From assembly GCA_030650275.1 (NCBI GenBank), contig JAUSEK010000001.1, positions 101-64,100 on the forward strand: a stretch of DNA of 64,000 nucleotides, written 5' to 3'. The number at the start of each line of letters is the position of its first letter. Position 1 is the stretch's first letter. Below the pieces are notes generated by a model that worked only from the letters and a program-made list of their open reading frames with translations, made no database searches and was not told the DNA's origin. The translations under genes and the position numbers were made by a program. Below, piece after piece: positions 1-11,255 of this stretch. The DNA comes from Candidatus Omnitrophota bacterium. Lineage in GTDB: Bacteria; Omnitrophota; Gorgyraeia; Zapsychrales; Fredricksoniimonadaceae.

Positions 1-837
1 TCAGGGCTGGGATTACTATTTCACGGACGATTTGACTGCCTAAGGCGTTCATGTCTGGTGAGGCGGTAAGGGGGTTTCCCTGGGATGCTTTCGTATTCAA
101 TGCTTGGTTGGTTGGCAGCGCGCTCGGGGACACGTTCTGCGGAACATGTCCCCTGGTAGGCGTTCGGTTGTTGGCCAAGGCAAGATAATCCTGTTCAAGC
201 ATGACCTTTAATCTGGATTCAACAACATAGGCAGTACCTGCCTCGGCGTTCTCGTAGACCACTGCCTTCTCAGGGACTATCCAGACCTTGTTGAAGGTAT
301 TGACCGGGATGTTGGTTGTCCCAAATCTCTTGTTGGCTTCTTCATACACTCTCTTCCAGAAGGTTTTGCCGAATTCATCTTCGGGATAGATCAGAGATGC
401 GGTAATCTGCTTTAAGAGATAGTCCTGGGCTAAGAGATCTCTTCCCATCTCGGTCTGACCAAAGGATGTGGGGACAATCCTATCCTTCTCATAGGGGGAG
501 AGGTTGACCCAGAGGTCTTTCTCGGGGACGGTCAGAGAGGCGAGGAAATATTTGATCAATTTCATTGATTCGTTTTGTAGAGACGCAGCATGCTGCGTCT
601 CTACGTCACCGGTATCCAATATGAAATCAAACCGAAACGGATTGTCGGGATGGACCTTGAGGCCTTTGAGGATGGGGGGATTGAATTGAGGGCTTAAGGA
701 AACCCGGACACCGGGGGCAGGTAAAACCAGTTCCCCCTCTGCCGAGCAAGCAATAGGGCAAATGGCCAAGCCATTGCCCAAAAAAGCAAAAAGAGTCCCT
801 AAAAGGACCGTCTTTCTTAGATTTATATTTAGGGACA
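1..837 (-). CDS. hypothetical secreted protein, 5' part (N-terminus at 837, runs off window start)
   Basis: Minus-strand frame is open from the ATG at 835-837 to position 1, about 279 codons. N-terminus MSLNINLRKTVLLGTLFAFLGNGLAICPIACSAEG is signal-peptide-like. Not in the ORF track because it is edge-truncated. No recognisable family. Confidence 0.5.
577..604. repeat. 28-bp perfect palindrome GTAGAGACGCAGCATGCTGCGTCTCTAC (copy 1 of 2)
   Basis: Exact reverse-complement symmetry read directly. A near-identical copy lies at 61742-61770. This copy sits inside the 1-837 CDS and encodes VETQHAASLQ. Confidence 0.6.
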
Positions 838-890
838 TGTCAAAAGTGTATACTATTTATATGAGTTTTGCCAATTTTCAGCCCACTTTA

Positions 891-930
891 CCCCCTCCCT
901 AACCCTCCCCACAAGGGGGAGGGAAATTCC
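891..930. repeat. GC-rich dispersed repeat, copy A (ccccctccc-taa-ccctcccc-acaa-gggggaggg)
   Basis: Three C/G blocks with alternative hairpin pairings. About 40 bp is near-identical, in inverted orientation, to 11011-11050. Lies in the divergent intergenic region between the CDS starts at 837 and 969. Confidence 0.6.
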
Positions 931-968
931 AGGAAAGCGCTTGCTTTTCGGGGCGGTATAGGGTATAT

Positions 969-2813
969 TTGATACATATGAACAGGCCTATTCACAGCTT
1001 CCATATCCCGGTCATGGGCACCGCCTTTTCCATTGACACACCGGTCAAGGTGGCCCGTTACGGCATTCACTCGGTTATTTCTCTGGTTGATGACACCCTC
1101 ATTGAACAGATGCGCAAGCATTATTGCGAAAAGACCGGGGAGCCCTATGTCCCCATCACCAAACAGGACGAGGATTACCGGGCGTGGCGCATCAGGGCCT
1201 ATCTGGACCTGGTGGACCGCATCGTCCAGAAACAATTCGCGGACGTTAAGAGATCGCATTTTGGGCCGGCTAGCGAGATTACAAAATATTTTGAAATGCT
1301 TGATGACGCCAGCCCCTTGAAGGAAAAATACCGGAGAATGCTGGCCACGCACAATCCCCTGCTCAAGATCAAATTGCAGGAAGAATTGCGCGCCGAAATG
1401 CGCCCCGGCGACATCAATGTCAACATCATGACCAAGCTGGACCGGGACAATTACGACGCCAAGGGCAACAAACTGCCTCCTGAATTTTCCGACGCGCTGG
1501 CCGCCCTTCGCGGCTATGCCACCAGCGGCCTGCGTTCCGCCATCGTCTTTTCCGCGGGCATCAACCGCCGGCTCTATTCGTATGCCGAACAGTTCAAGGA
1601 CTTTTACGCGGACGCCACGGGCGACATCAAAAAGAAGATCATCCTCAAGGTCAGCGATTTCCGCTCCAGTTTCATCCAGGGAAAATTTTTCGCCCAAAAG
1701 GGCCTGTGGATCTCCGAATACCGCGTTGAATCGGGCCTGAACTGCGGCGGCCATCTTTTTGCCACCGACGGGTATTTGATGGGCCCCATCCTCGTGGAAT
1801 TCCGCGCCAAGAAAAAAGAATTCGTCCAGCAATTGCACGTCCTCTGCAACAAGGCGCTGACATCAAAGGGTCGTCTGCCCTTTGCCCAACCGCACCCGAT
1901 CAAGATCACGGCCCAGGGCGGCATCGGCACGGTGCGGGAAGACAAATTTTTACGCGAACATTACGATCTCGACGGCACCGGCTGGGCCACTCCCTTTTTG
2001 CTGTGCCCCGAAGTCACCAACGTGGATGACGTGACCCTGCAAAAACTTTCCCTGGCCACGGAAGACGACCTGTATGTTAGCGACGTGTCGCCCCTGGGGG
2101 TCCCTTTCAATAATTTGCGTGGCTCTTTGAGCGACACGGAAAAAGATGCCAGGGTGCTCCACCACAAGGCCGGCAGCGCCTGCCCCAAAGGACATTTGGT
2201 GTCCAACACGGAATTCACCAGCGAACCCATCTGCACGGCTTCGCGCCAGTACCAGAAACTCAAGATCGACCAGCTGGACACCCTCGGTCTTGACCCCGAA
2301 AAATACAAAATACGTTTCGACCGGATCGTGACCAAGGCGTGCCTTTGCCATGACCTGGGCGAAAGCGCCGTCGTCAAAAACGGCATCCAGACCAGGGTCC
2401 CCGGTTTTCCGGCCATCTGCCCGGGGCCGAACCTCGCTTATTTCTCCAAGATCGTCACGCTCAAAGAGATGGCGAACCACATTTACGGCCGTATCAACCT
2501 GCTCAACGACACCCCGCGGCCGAACATGTTCATCAAGGAACTGCGCATGTACATCGACTATTTGCGCAAGGACATTGAAAAATCTTTGAAGGACTTGAAT
2601 GAACACAAGGCCAAATATTTCACGGAATTCAAGGACAATCTCCTGGAAGGAATTTCGTATTACCGCGATTTATTCCCGGAAATGGTGGAGGAGTCCTTGG
2701 AGTTTCGTACCAAAACGCTCAATGAACTGGAAGAGTGCCGGCAGAAATTGCTGCAGCTGGTTGATGATCACGCCAAGGCCTTTATCCACACCCAGGCATT
2801 GGTTGCGGCTTAA
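969..2813 (+). CDS. large hypothetical protein (614 aa), weakly reminiscent of the FMN-binding glutamate-synthase domain-2 TIM barrel
   Basis: Longest ORF at this locus; the minus ORF 888-1838 is an antisense shadow. Motifs PVMGTAFS, ITAQGGIGT, DLDGTGWATP and AGSACPKG resemble the GltS FMN-domain motifs (isaMSfGAlS, GHDGGTGAS, CxxxxCPxG). Function unknown. Confidence 0.55.
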   Translation: MIHMNRPIHSFHIPVMGTAFSIDTPVKVARYGIHSVISLVDDTLIEQMRKHYCEKTGEPYVPITKQDEDYRAWRIRAYLDLVDRIVQKQFADVKRSHFGPASEITKYFEMLDDASPLKEKYRRMLATHNPLLKIKLQEELRAEMRPGDINVNIMTKLDRDNYDAKGNKLPPEFSDALAALRGYATSGLRSAIVFSAGINRRLYSYAEQFKDFYADATGDIKKKIILKVSDFRSSFIQGKFFAQKGLWISEYRVESGLNCGGHLFATDGYLMGPILVEFRAKKKEFVQQLHVLCNKALTSKGRLPFAQPHPIKITAQGGIGTVREDKFLREHYDLDGTGWATPFLLCPEVTNVDDVTLQKLSLATEDDLYVSDVSPLGVPFNNLRGSLSDTEKDARVLHHKAGSACPKGHLVSNTEFTSEPICTASRQYQKLKIDQLDTLGLDPEKYKIRFDRIVTKACLCHDLGESAVVKNGIQTRVPGFPAICPGPNLAYFSKIVTLKEMANHIYGRINLLNDTPRPNMFIKELRMYIDYLRKDIEKSLKDLNEHKAKYFTEFKDNLLEGISYYRDLFPEMVEESLEFRTKTLNELEECRQKLLQLVDDHAKAFIHTQALVAA

Positions 2814-2816
2814 AAC

Positions 2817-4574
<1,758 letters not shown>

Positions 4575-4910
4575 TTAACTGAACGATGTACCGCATCCGC
4601 AACTGGATTTGGCATTGGGGTTATGGTATTTAAAACCGCTTTCGCGCAAGGTATCAACGTAATCGATCTCAATGCCTTTGATGAACTCAACGCTTTCCTG
4701 GTTGACGATGACCTTCAGGCCCTTTTGTTCAAAAACAATGTCATTCTCATAAGGGTTCTTCTGGAATTTCAATTCATAGGACATGCCCGCGCAGCCGCCG
4801 GTGGTGACGCCAAAGCGCAAGGCATATCCTTCCTTGCCTTCCTTGGCCATCATGGCCTTGACTTTCGCGGCTGCCGCGTCGGTCAATGTGGCTAATGGTG
4901 TATTCTCCAT
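4575..4910 (-). CDS. HesB/IscA-family iron-sulfur cluster insertion protein
   Basis: 111 aa; C-terminal CGCGTSF motif. Stop is adjacent to the thiC start. Confidence 0.9.
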   Translation of the reverse strand: MENTPLATLTDAAAAKVKAMMAKEGKEGYALRFGVTTGGCAGMSYELKFQKNPYENDIVFEQKGLKVIVNQESVEFIKGIEIDYVDTLRESGFKYHNPNAKSSCGCGTSFS

Positions 4911-4916
4911 AATTTA

Positions 4917-4945
4917 ATTATAACACAACGGGAAAGCTTGTTCAA
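4917..4945 (-). promoter_or_regulatory. sigma70-like promoter for iscA-thiC (TTGAAC-17-TGnTATAAT), predicted leaderless
   Basis: Minus strand reads gcagTTGAACaagctttcccgttgtgtTATAATtaaattATG. The -10 ends 6 nt before the ATG, so transcription would start at or next to the start codon. No Shine-Dalgarno. Confidence 0.45.
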
Positions 4946-4984
4946 CTGCGGAGGTTCTAACTCGGAGGGTCACCGGCATTACCT

Positions 4985-5851
4985 TCAATAACGCATTGAA
5001 AACCCGCAAAATGGGTTTAAATCATCCGCGGCGGCCGTCGCGCCTATATTAATACCCATATCCAATTGTATATATTCGGTCAAAGCGTAGGTTAATCCGG
5101 CATCAACCGTTGCGACCAATTTTGCATCCTCTTCTGTGCTGATATGACTGAAGAATTCCACATAACCGCTTAGGCCGCCGACGATGGCGTGTCCAAAAGT
5201 AATAGAATGAATATATTCCCTATGATAGTTGTCATCCGATTTATTTTTATTAAGATCAACTTCAGCCATCAAACCCATATTCCACTCAGCGGCAAGCCCG
5301 ACAGCCAAGGGAACAATGATCCCGCCTTCCATATCGTCGTTACCAAAATGACCCCTATCAGTTGGAAATTTAATGAAAGGCATCAAGGCCAAAGCTGTCT
5401 GCCCGCCATCATTTCCCCATATATTGACCTTAAGACGGGTTTGCATATCCCCAAATCCTTCTTTGGTTGAGTGGACCCCGTCTTCTCTTGTTTTCTCATG
5501 GGCATAAGGATTAATGATCACTTGCAGATCCGCGTTATTTAAAAGTCCGATCTTAAAATTTGCAGGGGCGTAACTAAACGTATCAACGCGGGTTTGTGGT
5601 TCATCCGGGTTATGATGGTCATAGGCATGATCGATCAGGCTCATTTCTACCTGAACGTGGCCGGCATCAACGGTATAAGGACTTTCAGTTTTATCCGGAC
5701 GGTCTGTGCTCATCTCACGCATCAATTCAACCGGTGTCGGATGAAATAAATGGTATTGTTGCTTATTGGACACTGCTTGGTCAGCGGCTTGGGCTGAAAC
5801 GGCATGGAATAAAAATATCAGTAAGGCCAAAATTTGTTTGCGATGCATCAT
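4985..5851 (-). CDS. outer-membrane transporter family protein (MetA-pathway phenol-degradation-like)
   Basis: 288 aa; signal peptide MMHRKQILALLIFLFHAVSAQA, MSTDRP motif and C-terminal aromatic residue. Lower GC than neighbours. Confidence 0.55.
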   Translation of the reverse strand: MMHRKQILALLIFLFHAVSAQAADQAVSNKQQYHLFHPTPVELMREMSTDRPDKTESPYTVDAGHVQVEMSLIDHAYDHHNPDEPQTRVDTFSYAPANFKIGLLNNADLQVIINPYAHEKTREDGVHSTKEGFGDMQTRLKVNIWGNDGGQTALALMPFIKFPTDRGHFGNDDMEGGIIVPLAVGLAAEWNMGLMAEVDLNKNKSDDNYHREYIHSITFGHAIVGGLSGYVEFFSHISTEEDAKLVATVDAGLTYALTEYIQLDMGINIGATAAADDLNPFCGFSMRY

Positions 5852-5882
5852 TACTCCCTAATCTTTATTTTTCACTTGAGCA

Positions 5883-6740
5883 TTAACAGGGGGCGTTCAG
5901 GAGGCTCATTTTAGATTTGATGACGCCGTAATTGCGTTGGGAAGAAATGAGGTAAAATTCCTTCATCTGCCAGGGTCTGGGGGTCTTAGTAAAAAAGGCG
6001 GTGTCCACTTTGTCCAGGACCTTGCCGCTCTCGACGGCGCGCAGGTCATAGCCGGCCGAGCGGATGATGGGCCAGGAGCCGGCGAAATCCCAGATGTGGC
6101 AGCGCAAAAAACACCCGCAACCGCGGCCCAAAGCCGACCAGCACAGATTGACAACGGCACAGGCCGCGATCATGATGTGAAAATCCTTGTCATTCCAGCG
6201 GTATTTGTCAAAAAACGTATCATTGCAGAAAAACAGCGACTTGGCTGAAATTTGCTCATCAACAGGAACAATGGGCGTGCGTTTTTCATCGGCGCTAAAG
6301 GCGTTGCGGACATAATACGAATGCGCGCCATCGCAAAAGAACAGTTCGTTGAGGACCGGAAAATACACAACACCCAGCCACGGTTGACGGTCTTTCATAA
6401 GCCCCAGGGAAATGCCGAAGAGCGGCATGCCCTTGGCATAAAGCCGCGTGCCGTCAATGGGGTCCAGAGCCCAAATAAATTTCTTTTTAGCCAGGAAACT
6501 GTCATCAAGATACTCGCCGATGCGCGGGTCTTCCTCATCAATGAGCACGTGGTCCGGGTCCTTGAGAAATTCCCCCAGCGACCGGCGGCAAAGCCCGGAA
6601 ATGGCGCGGTCCGCTTCGGTGATGACGGACTGGTCGGATTTCAAGGCCGATCCGCCTTCAGACATATATTTTAAAGCAATACTCCCCGCTTCGCGGATGA
6701 AGCTGAACATTTTTTCAAGATAAACAGCTGAATTTTCCAT
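5883..6740 (-). CDS. inositol monophosphatase / CysQ family phosphatase
   Basis: WALDPIDGT signature of the IMPase superfamily. Confidence 0.8.
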   Translation of the reverse strand: MENSAVYLEKMFSFIREAGSIALKYMSEGGSALKSDQSVITEADRAISGLCRRSLGEFLKDPDHVLIDEEDPRIGEYLDDSFLAKKKFIWALDPIDGTRLYAKGMPLFGISLGLMKDRQPWLGVVYFPVLNELFFCDGAHSYYVRNAFSADEKRTPIVPVDEQISAKSLFFCNDTFFDKYRWNDKDFHIMIAACAVVNLCWSALGRGCGCFLRCHIWDFAGSWPIIRSAGYDLRAVESGKVLDKVDTAFFTKTPRPWQMKEFYLISSQRNYGVIKSKMSLLNAPC

Positions 6741-6741
6741 A

Positions 6742-7176
6742 TTATTGTTTTAAACTGGAACGGATCATGAGGATAGGGATATCGGTGTGATGGCGCAAGG
6801 TATTGGCGACACTACCCAAGATCACATCCTTGATAAAGCCATGCCCGTGGGTGGACATGGCGATCAGGTCGCATCCTTCCTGTTCGGCCACGGCCAGGAT
6901 CCCGTCAACGGGTTCTTTCCCCTGTATCAAAATGGCCTTGACCTTAAAACCATCCGCGGCCAAAGCGTCGCGGATGGTATTCAGATAGATATGGTCCTTG
7001 GTCATTTCCTCGGAATCCGCAAGGTTCAGGTCATTTTGCAGGCGCGCGGTAAAACCGTCAGCCACGTGCACCAAAACCAATTTTGCCTTGGTCATTCTTG
7101 CCAGAGGACGGATGTGTTCAAGGATCTTGGTGTCCGTCAGGGGATTATCCAAAGAAATAAGGATCTTCTTATACAT
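6742..7176 (-). CDS. universal stress protein UspA family
   Basis: [10 protein letters not shown]...VLVHV...[19 protein letters not shown] pattern. Start at MYKK, preceded by GGAGGTGGGC RBS; the ORF-track start at 7224 is an upstream extension. Confidence 0.8.
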   Translation of the reverse strand: MYKKILISLDNPLTDTKILEHIRPLARMTKAKLVLVHVADGFTARLQNDLNLADSEEMTKDHIYLNTIRDALAADGFKVKAILIQGKEPVDGILAVAEQEGCDLIAMSTHGHGFIKDVILGSVANTLRHHTDIPILMIRSSLKQ

Positions 7177-8509
7177 GCCCACCTCCAAACCAGCCGGATA
7201 CCGTCTGGTACAACAAATATCCATTTAATACCACAATGATAGCGGTAACGCCCCAGGCCGTCAACTGCAACCACCAGGGATTGCTGAAGCGGTCCATTTT
7301 CTGCCTGTCCCCTGTAAACCAGACCAGGGGAATGACAGCAAAGCTCAACTGCAAAGAAAGGACGACCTGACTTAAGATCAGGAGGTCTCCCACCCCTTTT
7401 TCACCGTAAAGTATAGCAACGATGACCGCGGGAACAATGGCGACCAGGCGGGTCAGGAGCCGGCGCATCCACGGCCTTAAACGGATGTTCAAAAATCCTT
7501 CCATGACGATCTGGCCGGCCAAGGTCCCGGTCAAGGTGGAGTTCTGACCAGAAGCCAGAAGCGCCACCGCAAACAAGGTGCTAGCAAAGGTCGCCCCCAA
7601 AACCGGCGTCAACAGACGGTACGCGTCATGGATGTCGGCGACATTCTGATGGGCTGTCCCGTGAAAGGCCGCGGCGCTGACGATCAGGATCGCGGCATTG
7701 ATAAAAAACGCGCACAACAAAGCGGCGGTCGAGTCAATGGTGGCAAAACGGATGGCCATGGCCTTGCCCGCGTCATCGCGTTTATAAGCACGGGTCTGCA
7801 CGATGCTCGAGTGCAGATACAGATTGTGCGGCATCACCGTGGCCCCCAGGATGCCGATGGCGATATACAGCATGGACGGGTTAAAAACGATCTCGGGTTT
7901 TGGAAGCAGGTTCGCGATGATGGCAGGCATCGAAGGATGGGACACGGCCATTTCATAAGCAAAACATCCGCCGATCACAACGATCAAGGACGCCACAATG
8001 CATTCCAGGATGCGAAAACCCTTGTGCTGAAGGAACAAAATGATCATGACGTCCATGGCCGTCAGCAGGATCCCGACGATCAAAGGAATGCCGAACAAAA
8101 GATTTAATGCGATGGCAGAACCGATGACTTCCGCCAAGTCGCAGGCGGCAATGGCGATCTCACAGAGGACCCATAGGCCGATGGCCACCGGTTTGGAAAA
8201 ATGGTCCCTGCAGGCCTGGGCCAGATCGCGGCCCGTGACAATGCCCAATTTCAAGGCCAGATGCTGGAGCAAAATGGCCATAAAATTGGAGATCAGAATA
8301 ACGGATATGAGCGTATAACCGAATTTGGCGCCGCCGGCCAGGTCGGTCGCCCAATTGCCCGGATCCATGTATCCGACCGCCACCATTAATCCTGGTCCCG
8401 CAAAGGCCAGCATCTTTCGCCATACTCCGGCCGTTGCAGGTACAGCAACCGAAGCATACACTTCAGATAAGGTGAAGAGGGTGACCTCACGGCGCCATGG
8501 TTTGCTCAT
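7169..8509 (-). CDS. mntH: NRAMP-family divalent metal (Mn2+/Fe2+) transporter MntH
   Basis: [20 protein letters not shown] signature and multiple TM helices. Likely start is MSKPW at 8509, overlapping the fur stop as ATGA. Confidence 0.9.
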   Translation of the reverse strand: MSKPWRREVTLFTLSEVYASVAVPATAGVWRKMLAFAGPGLMVAVGYMDPGNWATDLAGGAKFGYTLISVILISNFMAILLQHLALKLGIVTGRDLAQACRDHFSKPVAIGLWVLCEIAIAACDLAEVIGSAIALNLLFGIPLIVGILLTAMDVMIILFLQHKGFRILECIVASLIVVIGGCFAYEMAVSHPSMPAIIANLLPKPEIVFNPSMLYIAIGILGATVMPHNLYLHSSIVQTRAYKRDDAGKAMAIRFATIDSTAALLCAFFINAAILIVSAAAFHGTAHQNVADIHDAYRLLTPVLGATFASTLFAVALLASGQNSTLTGTLAGQIVMEGFLNIRLRPWMRRLLTRLVAIVPAVIVAILYGEKGVGDLLILSQVVLSLQLSFAVIPLVWFTGDRQKMDRFSNPWWLQLTAWGVTAIIVVLNGYLLYQTVSGWFGGGHV

Positions 8510-8958
8510 ACCCCTGCTCCCTGGCATTTGGCGCAAATCCCGTAAAAATGCATTTCATGTCCCAGCACTTTGAACCCCTCTTTCTCTAAAATAGGATGAT
8601 AACGGCTGTCTTCGCCCAGGTCCGGAAATTCAATGACCCCGTGACAGCGCACGCAGCGGGCATGATGATGCGGTTTTTCATCATAAATGTGCTCAAAATG
8701 CTGATGCTTTTCCCCAAAGGCCGTTTCGCGGACGACGCCGGCCTCCAGCATTTCCCTTAAAGAACGGTACACGGTGGCCCTGGAAATTTTCGGCTTGTGC
8801 CGGACGCAGAATTTTGCGATCTCTTCGGTGGTAAAATGGCCATGGGCGTTCATGACCTCTTTAAAGACCCCTGACCGCCCGCGGCTGACCTTTAAACCCG
8901 CGCGAGAAAGGTATTTCTCAAACTTGCAGTGCTCCCGGGCAATGGATGTTGTTTCCAT
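8506..8958 (-). CDS. Fur-family metalloregulator (likely Mn/Fe uptake regulator)
   Basis: HHHxRCVRCHG...CxxC Fur motifs. Immediately upstream of mntH. Start taken as METTS. Confidence 0.85.
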   Translation of the reverse strand: METTSIAREHCKFEKYLSRAGLKVSRGRSGVFKEVMNAHGHFTTEEIAKFCVRHKPKISRATVYRSLREMLEAGVVRETAFGEKHQHFEHIYDEKPHHHARCVRCHGVIEFPDLGEDSRYHPILEKEGFKVLGHEMHFYGICAKCQGAGV

Positions 8959-9020
8959 ATGAGATACTGTATCGTCCAAAAAATAAAAATCAAGTTCTTT
9001 TTTTAAAGAGCTTTAACACA

Positions 9021-9572
9021 TTAATCGCGCCACTTGATGGAACAGCCCATGGAGGGGAATTGTTGGACGGCAACAGGACGGCCGGCAGACATGTTGTTCA
9101 TCGCCTCCTTCAATTCTTCGCGGGTCACGGCGTCTTCGTCCTTCCAATTGTCGTCCACGCGGCCGTGATAGGCAAGTTTTCTATCTTTGTTGAACAGATA
9201 AATGTCGGGCGTGCATTGGGCGCGGAAGGCATCGGCGACTTTTTGAGTTTCGTCAGCCAGATACGGAAAATCGATCCCCCATTCCTTGATCTTGAGCGCC
9301 ATCTTGTCCGGAGCGTCGTCGGGAAAGTTAGGATTGATGTTGGGATTGATGGCCACGGTATTGACCTTCATCCCCTTGCCGTATTTGGCCAGGCGCAATA
9401 ACCGCGGCCACACCGCCAAAGCATACGGGCAATGATTGCAGGTGAAAGCCACCAAAAGCCCGCGCTCACCGTACAAATCGCTTCCCTTATAGGATCTTCC
9501 GGACGGGTCTTTGAGCTGGAAATCCGGCATCAGAGTACCTAACGGTATTTTGATGGATTCCAATAAAGCCAT
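9021..9572 (-). CDS. thioredoxin-fold thiol-disulfide oxidoreductase (redoxin family)
   Basis: CNHC (CxxC) motif in a TlpA/AhpC-like context; 183 aa. Confidence 0.65.
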   Translation of the reverse strand: MALLESIKIPLGTLMPDFQLKDPSGRSYKGSDLYGERGLLVAFTCNHCPYALAVWPRLLRLAKYGKGMKVNTVAINPNINPNFPDDAPDKMALKIKEWGIDFPYLADETQKVADAFRAQCTPDIYLFNKDRKLAYHGRVDDNWKDEDAVTREELKEAMNNMSAGRPVAVQQFPSMGCSIKWRD

Positions 9573-9643
9573 TTGAATGGGTCCCTGACTTTTTGTGCTA
9601 TAATTATTTTGAAAACAAAACCATTATACGGACGCGAATCTAT

Positions 9644-10288
9644 ATGTCAAGAACGCTGCTGATCCAACAATACGAGCTCGGCCCCTTGAACAATTTCCTC
9701 TATTTGCTGGGCGATACGGCCACCAAAGAAATGGCGGTCGTGGACCCGGCCTGGGAGCCGGATTTCCTCTGTAACGAGGCCGAACGTCTGGGCTACCATA
9801 TCACCAAAATATTTTTGACCCATGGCCACCCTGACCATGTCAACGGCCTGGGTGGTGTTCTGCGCCGTCACAACGTTCCGGTCTATATTTCCAAGCACGA
9901 AGCGCTGTTTTTTCGTCCCAGATCCAAAAATCTGGTGGATGTCGTGGACAAAGAAAAACTTTCATTGGGGGATATCACCTTTGATGTCCTGCACGCGCCG
10001 GGGCATACGCCAGGATGCCAGCTCTTTTTGGCGCAAGGCCAATTGATCAGCGGGGATGTGCTTTTTATTGATGGATGCGGCCGCTGCGATCTTCCCGGCA
10101 GCGACCCGAGGGCCATGTACCGCTCCCTCACCAACGTCCTCATGAAACTGCCCGACGACACCGTGGTCCATCCGGGACACAATTACGGCCCCACCCCCAC
10201 CGACACCATCGGCCATCAGAAAAAAACCAACCCCTACCTGCAATGTTCCAGTATGGAAGAATTTCTAGGCGAGCGGATGGGTCTTTAA
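9644..10288 (+). CDS. MBL-fold metallo-hydrolase (glyoxalase II-like)
   Basis: THGHPDH (HxHxDH) motif and downstream His/Asp ligands. Start taken at MSRTLL; the upstream ORF-track start is a TTG. Confidence 0.8.
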   Translation: MSRTLLIQQYELGPLNNFLYLLGDTATKEMAVVDPAWEPDFLCNEAERLGYHITKIFLTHGHPDHVNGLGGVLRRHNVPVYISKHEALFFRPRSKNLVDVVDKEKLSLGDITFDVLHAPGHTPGCQLFLAQGQLISGDVLFIDGCGRCDLPGSDPRAMYRSLTNVLMKLPDDTVVHPGHNYGPTPTDTIGHQKKTNPYLQCSSMEEFLGERMGL

Positions 10289-10676
10289 AAAATCACTGGG
10301 GGAGAGTATTTCGATCTTTTTAAAATACCCTAAAGACAAAAGATGAGCATCACCTGAAACAATACAGTCAACGCCCGCACTCACAGCGCATTCAAGAATA
10401 CGGTTATCATCAGGATCATTCTTAATAACGGCAACTTTATGAGTGACAACCACCAGTTCAACGAGTTCAGAAAGTTCATGGGCTATCTGCTGTACAACAG
10501 AAACCGGTAGTCGAAACTTCTTATCGACCAGGACCTCCGCCAATTCCTTAAGGATATCTTGAGACAAAGCGATCCTGATTTTTCCCGAAATCCCCATATC
10601 CAGAATATCACGGCTTTTTCCGCCAAACATGATTGCCGAAATAAGAACATTTGTATCCAAAACTATCTTCAAACCA
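10265..10676 (-). CDS. PIN-domain toxin (VapC-like)
   Basis: KIVLDTNVLISA...D...D PIN motifs. Proposed TTG start, 7 nt after an AGGAAAGGG RBS, directly follows the antitoxin stop. Confidence 0.75.
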
Positions 10677-10919
10677 TTACCCTTTCCTGAGGCGATAATC
10701 GGCAATGGCCCCGGCAATGTCCTTTTCCTTTAACCCGACCGCTTTAACATGTTGCCTGGTTGACCGAAAAATCCCTTTCCACACGCGTTTTTTGGCAATG
10801 TACGCCCGCGCCGCTTCCCGGATAAACTCGGAGCGGCTGCGCGCCTCCTCGCGGCTGACAGAATCGATATCCCGCAAAAGCTCATCTGAAAATGAAATAT
10901 TCACTGTCTGCGTTTTCAT
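10677..10919 (-). CDS. ribbon-helix-helix (CopG-like) antitoxin
   Basis: 81 aa from MKTQTVNISFSDELLRDID. Strong GGGAGGTG RBS. Immediately upstream of the PIN gene. Confidence 0.65.
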   Translation of the reverse strand: MKTQTVNISFSDELLRDIDSVSREEARSRSEFIREAARAYIAKKRVWKGIFRSTRQHVKAVGLKEKDIAGAIADYRLRKG

Positions 10920-10938
10920 ATCTTCACCTCCCAATACA

Positions 10939-10967
10939 AGTATATACAAACTTTGTATATAATGCAA
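10939..10967 (-). promoter_or_regulatory. promoter of the toxin-antitoxin operon (TTGCAT-17-TATACT) with embedded 21-bp palindrome TATATACAAAGTTTGTATATA (10941-10961)
   Basis: Hexamers and spacing read on the minus strand. A perfect palindrome overlapping the spacer and -10 is typical of an autoregulated antitoxin operator. Confidence 0.45.
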
Positions 10968-11010
10968 GGTCAATAATCAAAAAATTTGTAATAAGTTAGC
11001 TCTAAAAACG

Positions 11011-11050
11011 AATTCCCTCCCCCACCGTGGGGAGGGTTAGGGAGGGGGGA
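11011..11050. repeat. GC-rich dispersed repeat, copy B (inverted relative to copy A), with terminator-like geometry
   Basis: Minus strand reads cccccctccctaaccctccccacggtgggggagggaattcgttttt. It lies downstream of the minus gene 11256-11813, so hairpin plus T-run could terminate that gene. Confidence 0.6.
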
Positions 11051-11255
11051 TTTTTATTGCTGTGTGAGTTTTTTACCGAAAATTGCAAATCGTGTTCCAG
11101 GGACATGATAAATATGATGGCTTTTGACCAAACTATTCAGATATTTGAAGACATCCCGATGAATTATGTAGTCAAAATCGTGCCGGATGATCACCCCCGA
11201 ATCCGCGAGCATCTTGAAGGCGTTCTCGGATATCTTGAGAAAAGTAGACGATGCC

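Noticed and set aside
888-1838. 316-aa minus-strand ORF opposite the 969-2813 gene
   Set aside because: Antisense shadow ORF of a longer high-GC gene; low-complexity translation (GDP..., RGV...) with no motifs.
4911-4984. Expected TPP riboswitch upstream of thiC/iscA
   Set aside because: The 74-bp gap contains only a promoter. No THI-box (CUGAGA...ACCUGAUCUGGAUAAUGCCAGCG) was found.
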